A stretch of 25,882 bases of DNA, taken from an uncultured delta proteobacterium. GTDB lineage: Bacteria; Desulfobacterota; Syntrophobacteria; BM002. Both the position numbers and the translations under genes were made by a program. The stretch spans positions 1 to 25,882 of the forward strand of contig CAVQGX010000034.1 in NCBI GenBank assembly GCA_963712115.1. Direction: 5' to 3'. Below, piece after piece: positions 1 to 7,427 of the stretch. The notes below the pieces were generated by a model. That model ran no database searches, was not told where the DNA came from, and saw nothing but the letters and a program-made list of their open reading frames with translations. Position 1 is the first letter of the stretch, and every line of letters begins with the position of its first letter.

Positions 1-35
1 CACACTCTGCTGGAATTTAATCTGGCACAAAATGT
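1..35. repeat. Module-boundary direct repeat, copy A (left part cut off by the window edge)
   Basis: CACACTCTGCTGGAATTTAATCTGGCACAAAATGT aligns without gaps to 3663-3697 and 6971-7005. Confidence 0.85.
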
Positions 36-63
36 CGAAGGCTGTCAAGGCAATGTCCACAAC

Positions 64-102
64 AAAGAAAAGAGGCTGAACGCACATGGCATCCAGCCTC
101 TT
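64..102 (-). terminator. Rho-independent terminator after the lipoprotein gene
   Basis: Stem AAGAGGCTG (70-78) / CAGCCTCTT (94-102); the A-rich run at 64-70 gives a U tail on the minus strand. Confidence 0.65.
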
Positions 103-151
103 ATCAAGCCAAATTATTTCGTTATTGAGATTTCCGCTCAATCCGATACGT

Positions 152-697
152 CTAAAATTCTTTGTCTTTTACATGTTCTTCATAAAAACGACGAAAACAT
201 CCAAAATTACTCGCTGAAAGAGAATACTCACGTTTTTTTACTTTGCACTTTACTTCTTCAGCATAAGTTATCTCCTTGAGTTGCTCAGGAGTAATATCGT
301 AAGCTGCCATATCCATGCCCCACAAACGAGAAAGTACGCTTTGAAGTTCTATCCTGCCTGAGCTTGTCAATCGCATATCTTTGTCATCAGCTGTCATGAC
401 CAAGGTTTCGGCAGGCTTTACAAAAAGCCAGTCTAGTCCTTTGTAGATAATCACTAGTTGGAGCTTGTACTTTTCTTCCTTCCTGTGAAGCCATATGTTT
501 AAATCCAGACTAGTTCCTAACTCATTATTTTCAGTTTTTATGGCGGTAAAGTTACCATTTTCATCTACTTCAGCTCTAATTGCACAAGCTGTAGGAGTAG
601 CTGATTCTGGTGGGTATGTTTTCCTGGAGCATCCAAATTGAAAGGTCATTAACAAAGGAAAAATAAGAAAAATCGGAAATACATTGCTTCTCATCAT
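152..697 (-). CDS. Hypothetical lipoprotein, 181 aa
   Basis: AAGGAG RBS; hydrophobic N-terminus ending in a lipobox-like QFGC. No family recognised. Confidence 0.75.
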   Translation of the reverse strand: MMRSNVFPIFLIFPLLMTFQFGCSRKTYPPESATPTACAIRAEVDENGNFTAIKTENNELGTSLDLNIWLHRKEEKYKLQLVIIYKGLDWLFVKPAETLVMTADDKDMRLTSSGRIELQSVLSRLWGMDMAAYDITPEQLKEITYAEEVKCKVKKREYSLSASNFGCFRRFYEEHVKDKEF

Positions 698-1005
698 TAA
701 ACTCCTTTGTACTTGGTCGGAGTGCCAACCTCACAAAAGGCGTTCTCATCATCTACACATCATATTGAGTGCCAACCTTACCATCGGGGCGTGGATAATA
801 CCTTTTCTTAATTTAAACCAAGATATGGTGGCGGGGTTTCAGTGGGGAAAGTGTGGATTAAAGTATGAGATATTCAGTTTCCAAAGAAATAGACAGAGCC
901 GGTTCTGACTCTGCCTTTCAGCTTGGGCTTGAACTTAACCTATTCAATTTCAATGAGTTAAGAGGCTCAGCAACGGGTCGGTGTAAACCCAGATTAAATT
1001 ATGGC

Positions 1006-1965
1006 TTAGTGTGGTGGAGATCCTACGCTTCGTTTGAAAGAAATAACTAGTCGATCATCTCCCAAAATGATCTGATAAGAAGGCTCCTTTTCGGATACCA
1101 AGTCAAATACCACTCGTAACTTCTCACTATGTAGACCCACCCGTATCTTTTTGACTAGCAATCCTTTCAGGCTCTGGACACCTTTCACCTTAGTAGACCG
1201 AACCGCCATGAAATCCATCACCAATCTCGGTGGGCTATTCAAGAAGAAAGTATCATATTGAGCAAGACTTCCATCAGCGAGGATGTAGATACGCAATTCT
1301 TCATCTGATTTAATTGATTTGATGGCCGTTATTTCATGCGCAGGCATCACTGGCTCCCTTTTAGTGGGTTGTACAGAAGAAAGTATCCCTTCTTCTAAAG
1401 TGGGGGCAGCCGTAGCGGCTTCAAGTCTACCGCCGAAGTCTTCAGCCTTCGATTTTGTAACGGGTTCTATCTGGAGAGGCTTAGCTCCTGTCTGAAGAGA
1501 TGATGTGTCGAAACTCACCCAGATCTTCCCCTGCGCTCTGCTAATTACGTATGTGACATCCCTGTTTAAATCTATCCCGATTTGCGTTAGAGGCTGAGGA
1601 CCACTGATAAGCACTGAAGCTCTAATTCTGCCAACGATCTCGTTTTCTTTATGTCGTGGCAGGACCTCGGGGCTGATAACTGTATTCGGCAAATCTACTT
1701 TTAGTCCTAGAGGATTAACCGTTTTACTTGCCTCATAGGTCATGGATTCAGAACCGGTGAGTACAACGTGCCATCGGTCATCCTGATTGATGACCTCGAT
1801 GGTTCTAAGTATGTTGGGATCAGTAGTAGTTTCATCCTCAGTTCCGCCTGAGGAAAGGGTTGGAGAGGTATTGGGAGTAGCGTGGTCCATAGCGTATAGC
1901 ATACATATTAAGAGTATCAAGAAAATTACGCAGCCTTGAGCTAAATGATACCGGACATGCGCCAT
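1006..1965 (-). CDS. Exported protein with two AMIN-like domains (as in the PilQ/AmiC N-terminus)
   Basis: GGAGG RBS; N-terminal hydrophobic segment; two AMIN-type segments (NPLGLKVDLPNT; YDTFFLNSPPRLVMDF...KIRVGLHSEKLRVVFDL). Confidence 0.75.
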   Translation of the reverse strand: MAHVRYHLAQGCVIFLILLICMLYAMDHATPNTSPTLSSGGTEDETTTDPNILRTIEVINQDDRWHVVLTGSESMTYEASKTVNPLGLKVDLPNTVISPEVLPRHKENEIVGRIRASVLISGPQPLTQIGIDLNRDVTYVISRAQGKIWVSFDTSSLQTGAKPLQIEPVTKSKAEDFGGRLEAATAAPTLEEGILSSVQPTKREPVMPAHEITAIKSIKSDEELRIYILADGSLAQYDTFFLNSPPRLVMDFMAVRSTKVKGVQSLKGLLVKKIRVGLHSEKLRVVFDLVSEKEPSYQIILGDDRLVISFKRSVGSPPH

Positions 1966-2209
1966 TTAGTAACCATACCTCCAAAAAACTATTACCCCAC
2001 CTGACAACAGCAAGCTTTCTTTTTTAGCCATATCCTGTGATTTATTAGAAATGAAATAAGGCTTGGCAAACAGGCACAGGAGGTCTGAGAGTGTCAAGTC
2101 TATATTTTATAGAGCCATTCCAGAGCCGATCTAACATGTTATCAGATTAACACGCACAAATCGATAACGTATATTGTAATGTTTCAGACAGGTCAAGAGA
2201 AAAAAGGTG

Positions 2210-3522
2210 TTAGTTTGGTACGGCAGTCAATTGTTGTTGGATTCGTCCTTGGTTGACCTGTCTCCTTCGTTCTTTGGCAATTTGAACCATCTGCCTGTAG
2301 TGATTGAGAAGCTGGCTCTTGTTTCCGAGACGGTGGACATCGCCAGGGGTATAGTTCCACAGGGCCTGATGGGGCCGTTGTTCGTTGTAGTAGTCAATGT
2401 AGTGGGCCAGGCACAGGCGAGCGATCTCTTCTGAAAGATACGTGGGATAGCAGTAGATCTCTTCTTGTTTCACTGTCCGGTACCAGCGTTCCTGTCGGGC
2501 ATTATCCGTAGGACGATACGCTCTTGCTGGGGAGAGCAGCATCTCCAGGTCTTTGATCAGCCGCCTGGTCTTGATCGCCGTATTGGGTGAACCCTGATCT
2601 ACCCGGACAATGGGTTTGGGATGTTGATGCTCGATTCTCTCACTCATGTAGGCAAGTGCCAGGAGTGCTTGAACCTCTCGTTGGGTGACGGTCTTCACCA
2701 CGGCCCAGGCTACGATGTAACGGGAAAAATAGTCGATAATAGTGAGCAGGTAATGCCTCAATCCGGTAATCGACAGAATGGTCCAATCCTCTCCCCAGAT
2801 CTGGTTCGGGCGAAACGGTTCATATCGAGCTACTTTCCAGGGAGCCGTCCGCAGACAGGCAGCCATGACCCAGCCGAGAGCTTTGAGCCGACGGTAGCAA
2901 CTCGAAGGGCTGATCCAATGACCGTCCTGTCGCAACAAACCACTGACTTGGCGATGGCTGAGCTGAGGCTCTCCTTTCTTCTTCTTGATGATGGCGTGCT
3001 GTTCCTCAGCAGTCAGACGGAGCACGGCGGCCGACTTCTTTCGGACTGTAGGAGGGTTCAGCCAAACATAGTATGTGGAACGACAGACCCCAAGGCCCCT
3101 GAGCGTCTCTGATATGGAAAATCCTTGAGCACGGAGCCTTTGGACTTCCTCGAGGATCCGATGCCGCTGCTCCTGGCTGTAGGTGGCTCCCGTGGGACGG
3201 TTCGTTAGAGCAAGTTCATCTCTTTTTTTAAAAGCATCAGCTCTTGGGTCTGCAGAGCCAGGGCTTCCTTCAGTCTCTGGTTCTCTTTCTCCAGCTTCTT
3301 GATGCGGGGATCCAATCTGGGCTTCTTCCCACTCAGAAACGCTTGCGCACCCTGCTCCAGAGCTTTCCTCCATCGGTAGAGGGTCTGAGGATGGATCTGA
3401 TACTTCTCCGCTACCTCGACACCGTTTCCAGATCGCTCCCATTCCCTGAGAATCTGGAGCTTCTGCTGAGGGGTAAACCTTTTGGCCTTTCGCCGAGTTG
3501 GGATGACTAGTTGTACGCTCAT
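2210..3522 (-). CDS. IS3-family OrfAB DDE transposase made by -1 frameshift at A7 (3223-3229)
   Basis: Slipping -1 at TTA AAA AAA G joins OrfA to KRDELALTNRP...; rve core with WGEDWT, IIDYFSR, RVDQG, DNARQERWYRTVKQE, YYNEQRPHQAL. The 3568 start in the ORF track is probably not the real start. Confidence 0.8.
3205..3522 (-). CDS. IS3-family OrfA (HTH plus coiled coil)
   Basis: AGGAGGAG RBS; RFTPQQKLQIL...VAEKYQIHPQTLYRWRK HTH; leucine-zipper-like IKKLEKENQRLKEAL. Confidence 0.85.
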   Translation of the reverse strand: MSVQLVIPTRRKAKRFTPQQKLQILREWERSGNGVEVAEKYQIHPQTLYRWRKALEQGAQAFLSGKKPRLDPRIKKLEKENQRLKEALALQTQELMLLKKEMNLL

Positions 3523-3646
3523 GCATCTTCCTCCTCCTGGTGACTATAGCACTCTCTTGAGCGTCCAACTAACACCTTTTAGGGGCTGAAACTGTCTAGA
3601 TCGGATTGAAACATTATATATAGACTTATCTTGATCACTACAAAAC

Positions 3647-3697
3647 ATTACATCCCTTAATTCACACTCGGCTAAAATTTACTCTGGCACAAGATGT
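3647..3697. repeat. Module-boundary direct repeat, copy B (intact)
   Basis: ATTACATCCCTTAATTCACACTCGGCTAAAATTTACTCTGGCACAAGATGT; its first 23 nt equal the rejoined flanks of the IS1111 element. Confidence 0.9.
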
Positions 3698-3706
3698 TGA
3701 GAGTAT

Positions 3707-3730
3707 AAAAAAGCGGAGCCGAAGCTCCGC
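3707..3730 (-). terminator. Rho-independent terminator
   Basis: GCGGAGC-CGAA-GCTCCGC (UUCG loop on the minus strand), with A6 at 3707-3712 giving the U tail. Confidence 0.8.
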
Positions 3731-3743
3731 ATGGTTTTTGAGT

Positions 3744-4022
3744 TTATGTGGTAGGACTCGCTGTGACATCAATGTAGTATATCTGATGCCCACTTCTGTC
3801 GGAATCTGGCCTCACAAGGATAACGTTCCGTGAAACAATGGACGCAGCGGTAGTGGCAATCACCATAGTCGGGTTTTCAACGGGTAGGCTAAGATACGTT
3901 TCATAATGAATGTGCTCGTGAGAAGGCTTATAACGACACTTTTCATGCGGAAAGGGACACTCAAGAATAAAAGCGGTCACCGCACCAATGACTACTATAC
4001 ACTGTTTACATTTTGGGTGCAT
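3744..4022 (-). CDS. Hypothetical protein, 92 aa
   Basis: Strong AAGGAGAGG RBS and a terminator directly downstream; Cys/His-rich N-terminal half; no family recognised. Confidence 0.5.
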   Translation of the reverse strand: MHPKCKQCIVVIGAVTAFILECPFPHEKCRYKPSHEHIHYETYLSLPVENPTMVIATTAASIVSRNVILVRPDSDRSGHQIYYIDVTASPTT

Positions 4023-4129
4023 TTAAAACCTCTCCTTTACATTCTGATTATAACAGGGCTAGGAATGCCGTAGTGTTCTTTGAAAAATGAAATACCTCGT
4101 CCTTAGTGGGAGTAGATACAATCTTAAAG

Positions 4130-4821
4130 CTAGGGTTTTTGGGTTTTTGTTATTTCTTGCTTAATTGCGCTTGCTAAATCTTCACCAACTATAATTGGGT
4201 CCCTACTAGGTTTTTTCTTATGCCAGGTGACAGCTATAATAACTTGTCCTGTGGTTACATCGACAATCCTTGCTGTCGCCCCGATATTTCCGTGTATTGT
4301 TCGCCCGATGCAAATTTCCCCAACATGAGAAACTTGCTTCTTTCCTTCGCTTCGACATTTCCTACTAAAAGATAATCTACACTGGCTATCTTGCCTATCT
4401 TACGATAATCAACATTCTCTGTTATACCAGTTTGACTAAGCCCATGTTCTTCGAGAATACTCGCAAGGTATGAGCGCTCAATGACTTTACACCCCGAGTC
4501 AATGAGGTTAGCTCCCACTGTATCACTAACAAGAAATCCCACACTGGGAATATCAGAGTAAAATGGTAAAACACCCAACACCTTGCCTGCAATATTACAG
4601 CTTGGAGTGGAATAAGATTTAGGGATTGGAGGAGTAGGAGAAGCACAGGCTGTTATCAATCTTTCATTTTGGTATCCTAAATACAATCCGTTTCCATCGT
4701 AAACTGCCGATGGTGTAAGAGAAGCTTTTTTGCCTTCTCCCGGCGTAGGCTCGGCATATGCAAAAAAGCCAACACCCATAACCAAAGCTAGGATGACAGT
4801 ACAGACACCTATCTTTCTCAT
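4130..4821 (-). pseudogene. CsgG/TolB-N-fold-like exported protein, frameshifted at a G4 run (4279-4282)
   Basis: KVIERSYLASILEEHGLSQTG...KIGKIASVDYLLVGNV is CsgG-like. Adding one G restores ATARIVDVTTGQVIIAV...KTQKP*, ending at 4130. Could be an assembly error. Confidence 0.65.
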
Positions 4822-4971
4822 TTTCGGCTGTTCCTATCGTTTCTGAGGCTCAAGGAAAATGACAGCAGCTTCTGCAGACCAGCACAGAAAGGAAAGATTG
4901 TATCTCGTGGATGAGTGATAGTGGGAAATTGAACTATTGTTAGATTACTATGGGGTGGCTGTGGACGCAAT

Positions 4972-5033
4972 AAAAAAGCCCCCACTGACCTGAGTTGCCC
5001 CTTGCTAAGGTCTGCGCGGGTGGCCTGTGGGGG
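4972..5033 (-). promoter_or_regulatory. GC-rich structured leader or terminator upstream of the CsgG-like gene
   Basis: Minus strand CCCCCAC...GACCT...AGGTC-A-GTGGGGG followed by C and T6, set in AT-rich DNA. Confidence 0.4.
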
Positions 5034-5331
5034 AAGCGGTACCGGAAATAATGAACTAAAAGAGAGATACATGAATATGCGGTTACTTTGCACCAAAGAA
5101 AAAATATAGTCAAACAATTTTTTTGTAATATCGTATATTTATCAACATGGTGCAAGGTTGTTAATTTGTAGATAACTCTTCTAATATCCTCATATTCGTG
5201 CCAAACTCTTTTAACAATTTACTTACATTGCAGAGCAAAAAAAATAGCCGTGGACAACCAGGGAGAAAGTGAAATAGGCTGCATGGATAAGGTGGAGAGA
5301 AATGAGAAATCTCGGACTGCTATAAATGCAG

Positions 5332-5342
5332 ATTACATCCCT
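5332..5342. repeat. Module-boundary repeat copy C, left part (up to the CT core)
   Basis: ATTACATCCCT is identical to 3647-3657. Confidence 0.85.
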
Positions 5343-5364
5343 TCTATGATGGCCTTGTTGTCAA

Positions 5365-5731
5365 GCCCTCTTTTGGGGTGAGAGGTTTTTGCCTTGCTTT
5401 TCACTATATTTTCGAAGCATCCGAACCGAGGATGACCCGCAGCTGGATCCGGCACCGCGCCCATGCGCCTTATGGTCTTTGGTTGTCTGGTTCCGTGGGA
5501 CGTGGGAGTGCGTGGCTCCTGTCTACCACCTTCTATCCGTGCCGCAGGTTGTAAGCGGACACCTAATACTGCATGCGCTCAGCGCCCAGTGGAACCCAGA
5601 GGAAAGATGCCCCATCTTAATTACGGTGTGTGTCTCTCACCCAGGGAAGTAACGGGCATCTTTACAACCAAAACCGCTCAGAGCTTTACGAGATCCCGAT
5701 GTGGTTTACTGCCAGAGCGCCCACATCCTGT
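5365..5731 (-). ncRNA. Putative bridge RNA / seekRNA region of the IS1111 element (exact ends unknown)
   Basis: A 10-bp stem (5603-5612/5654-5663) encloses an internal loop matching both halves of the insertion target; a second long stem (5486-5600) contains CTTCTAT, matching the element's own end. Confidence 0.75.
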
Positions 5732-6883
5732 CTAAACGATCGCCTTGAGACACGCCCCTTCAGGGATGAGTCCATGTGTTCGAAAACGCCACAGTGCAAT
5801 GAGCAGTTTGCGGGCCAGAGCCACAATGCCAATACGCCGCATGCGCTTGCCTCCATGGGCAAAGCGTTCATTGAACCACCGACTCAGCTCGCTTCTGGGC
5901 TGGTAGCGTAACCAGGACCAGGAAATTTCAACAATGAGTGTGCGGATCCGCTTGTTTCCCGCCTTACTAATTCCCTGTTCCCTGTGACTCTCACCACTGG
6001 TATAGGGCGTTGGCGTCAGACCCGCACAGGCACCCACCTCCCGACGATTGCCAAAGGTGCGCCAGCCAAAAAACTCTTTTTCAAATACCCAGCCACTGGT
6101 TATGCCAATCCCACACAGGCTCATCAATTGCGCCACTCGCCTGTCAGAGTCCGTATCCCCCCGGCGAATCCGCTCTCGTTGCTCCTTCTCCAGAGTCCTT
6201 ATCTGCTCTTCCACATGGCGCAGTCGTTCATGCTCCCGGATGAGTCGAGCTCTCAGTTCACCGGGTACCATCGTGCCATCCCACAGGCGTATCGTCTCTA
6301 TATAGGTCACAAAGTCTTTCCTGCTCGCATTGCTAAGCTCGATCCCGTGTAACTTCAAAAGCGAACGCATCCGGTTGCGGTGCATCGTGCGCTCATCTCT
6401 CAACGTCTCCAACTCCCGGTGCAAATGCCTGGCATCCTCCTCATCAACACTTGGCACCCGCACCACACTCCACAGCCGTCTCTCTCCAGCACAAAACCGT
6501 ATCAGCATCCGCACCAGGCTGCCGGCATCCAACCGATCCGTCTTCGCTCGCCTCTTGCGCCGGCTCACTTCAATACTGGAAGAATCCACCACCACGTTGG
6601 CGATCCCACAACTGTGCAAATAGCGGTGCAACCAAAACCCGTACCTGCCTGCTTCATAACAACTGACCACCGGCGTGTTAGTCGGCAGTCCAAAACGCCT
6701 CCTCGCTCTGGCAATGGCATCATGTAGCTCCAGCATAGCCCCGGAACCAATCACCTGGTTCTTGACTCTACCGCCGTCACTGAAAGCCAGCTTCCACTTC
6801 CTCTCAGAGAGCTCCAAGGCAATGTACAAAAACTTTTCAACTGTGCTATTCTCCCTCTTGAGGGTCGCTTGGATCTGGTTCAT
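5732..6883 (-). CDS. IS110-family (DEDD RuvC-like plus Tnp domain) recombinase/transposase
   Basis: IALELS, CYEAG, AKTDRLDA; C-terminal CGIG, AGLTPTPYTSG (catalytic Ser position), ISKAGNKRIR, VALARKL; GGAGG RBS. Confidence 0.95.
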   Translation of the reverse strand: MNQIQATLKRENSTVEKFLYIALELSERKWKLAFSDGGRVKNQVIGSGAMLELHDAIARARRRFGLPTNTPVVSCYEAGRYGFWLHRYLHSCGIANVVVDSSSIEVSRRKRRAKTDRLDAGSLVRMLIRFCAGERRLWSVVRVPSVDEEDARHLHRELETLRDERTMHRNRMRSLLKLHGIELSNASRKDFVTYIETIRLWDGTMVPGELRARLIREHERLRHVEEQIRTLEKEQRERIRRGDTDSDRRVAQLMSLCGIGITSGWVFEKEFFGWRTFGNRREVGACAGLTPTPYTSGESHREQGISKAGNKRIRTLIVEISWSWLRYQPRSELSRWFNERFAHGGKRMRRIGIVALARKLLIALWRFRTHGLIPEGACLKAIV

Positions 6884-6965
6884 TGTAACCTCCTTGGTCC
6901 TTTGGGTTTGACAAGTACCTCTTTATACCACCAAAGGACTATCCAAGCGGCCCTTCATAGCATCT

Positions 6966-7005
6966 TAATTCACACTCTGCTGGATTTCAAACTGGCACAA
7001 TATTT
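6966..7005. repeat. Module-boundary repeat copy C, right part
   Basis: TAATTCACACTCTGCTGGATTTCAAACTGGCACAATATTT aligns to copies A and B. Confidence 0.85.
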
Positions 7006-7349
7006 AGTTTCCTGTCAACGACTGCTTCGACTCCGCTTCACTGCGCCTACAGCCCTTTGCCCAGCAAGCCCAACAAGCACAGCAAAAGGTCAAAAAAAAT
7101 GGTGTGCGCATTTGGCAGGCGCGTCCGGCACCTGCACGAAAAGCGCTGGAGGGACTACCCGGCCTCCGAATTCGGGCGCTGGTGCGATTGCGTTCGTTCG
7201 AGCTGGCGGGCATGGTGGCTGCGGCGAGGATCGGCTGGACCGAAGTGGCGCTCTTAAGCCTTCGCATCGCGGGGGTATCGGTAGTAGGCATTGGTCGAGG
7301 CAAGATCGTCGATTCTGGGGGCGATTTGGGCGTCGGATTGTTCCGATTT

Positions 7350-7427
7350 GTTGGGTATAGAGTTGGGAGTAGATAAAATTCAAAAGAAAAAGGACTTAGA
7401 TTATTAGTCTAAGTCCTTAATTTTAAA
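7350..7427. other. Probable island attachment (att) end next to tRNA-Val
   Basis: Tandem 11-mers GTTGGGTATAG / GTTGGGAGTAG (arm-type-like) and IHF-like TAAGTCCTTAATT directly beside the tRNA CCA end. Confidence 0.45.
7382..7418 (-). terminator. Terminator hairpin after tRNA-Val
   Basis: AAGGACTTAGA / TCTAAGTCCTT stem with an A-run at 7382-7391. Confidence 0.75.

Larger units (their letters stand above)
2175..3618 (-). mobile_element. IS3-family insertion sequence, 1444 bp
   Basis: Terminal IRs TGTAATGTTTCA (2175) / TGAAACATTATA (ends 3618); shared subterminal AAAAGGTGTTAGTT; 3-bp TAT flanking duplication; orfA/orfB organisation. Confidence 0.85.
5343..6965 (-). mobile_element. IS110-family element, IS1111 type, inserted at a CT core inside repeat copy C
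   Basis: Junctions ATTACATCC-CT|TCTATG... and ...CATAGCAT-CT|TAATTCACAC; subterminal IRs CTATGATGGCC (5344-5354) / GGCCCTTCATAG (6949-6960); long non-coding region 3' of the recombinase gene. Confidence 0.9.

Noticed and set aside
21-40. CTGGCAC in the 50-bp repeat as a sigma54 promoter
   Set aside because: None of the three copies has GC ten bases after the GG, and the motif points against the cargo genes.
722-778. Two GTGCCAACCT copies, and a similar motif near 5197, as sigma54 promoters
   Set aside because: The -24 box is present on the minus strand but the -12 GC is missing. They may still be regulatory.
2095-2174. 10-bp inverted repeat AAGTCTATAT/ATATAGACTT that re-forms if the IS3 is removed
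   Set aside because: Short and AT-rich; could be chance.
3523-3568. 452-aa ORF start at 3568 for the IS3 transposase
   Set aside because: Its N-terminal part is the off-frame reading of orfA; the RBS and HTH support a start at 3522 with a -1 frameshift.
3647-3697. The repeat as a CRISPR repeat, attC or canonical dif site
   Set aside because: Spacing is kilobases and contains genes; no attC R-box hairpin; no match to the XerD arm TTATGTTAAAT.
4960-5045. c-di-GMP riboswitch or self-cleaving ribozyme
   Set aside because: The conserved motifs of those families were not found by eye; kept only as an unassigned structure.
5389-5911. Short ORFs in the IS1111 3' region
   Set aside because: Better explained as structured non-coding RNA; no protein features.
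6869-7383. Several overlapping 66-163 aa ORFs
   Set aside because: No RBS or recognisable motifs; composition typical of GC-rich non-coding DNA; one crosses the IS end.
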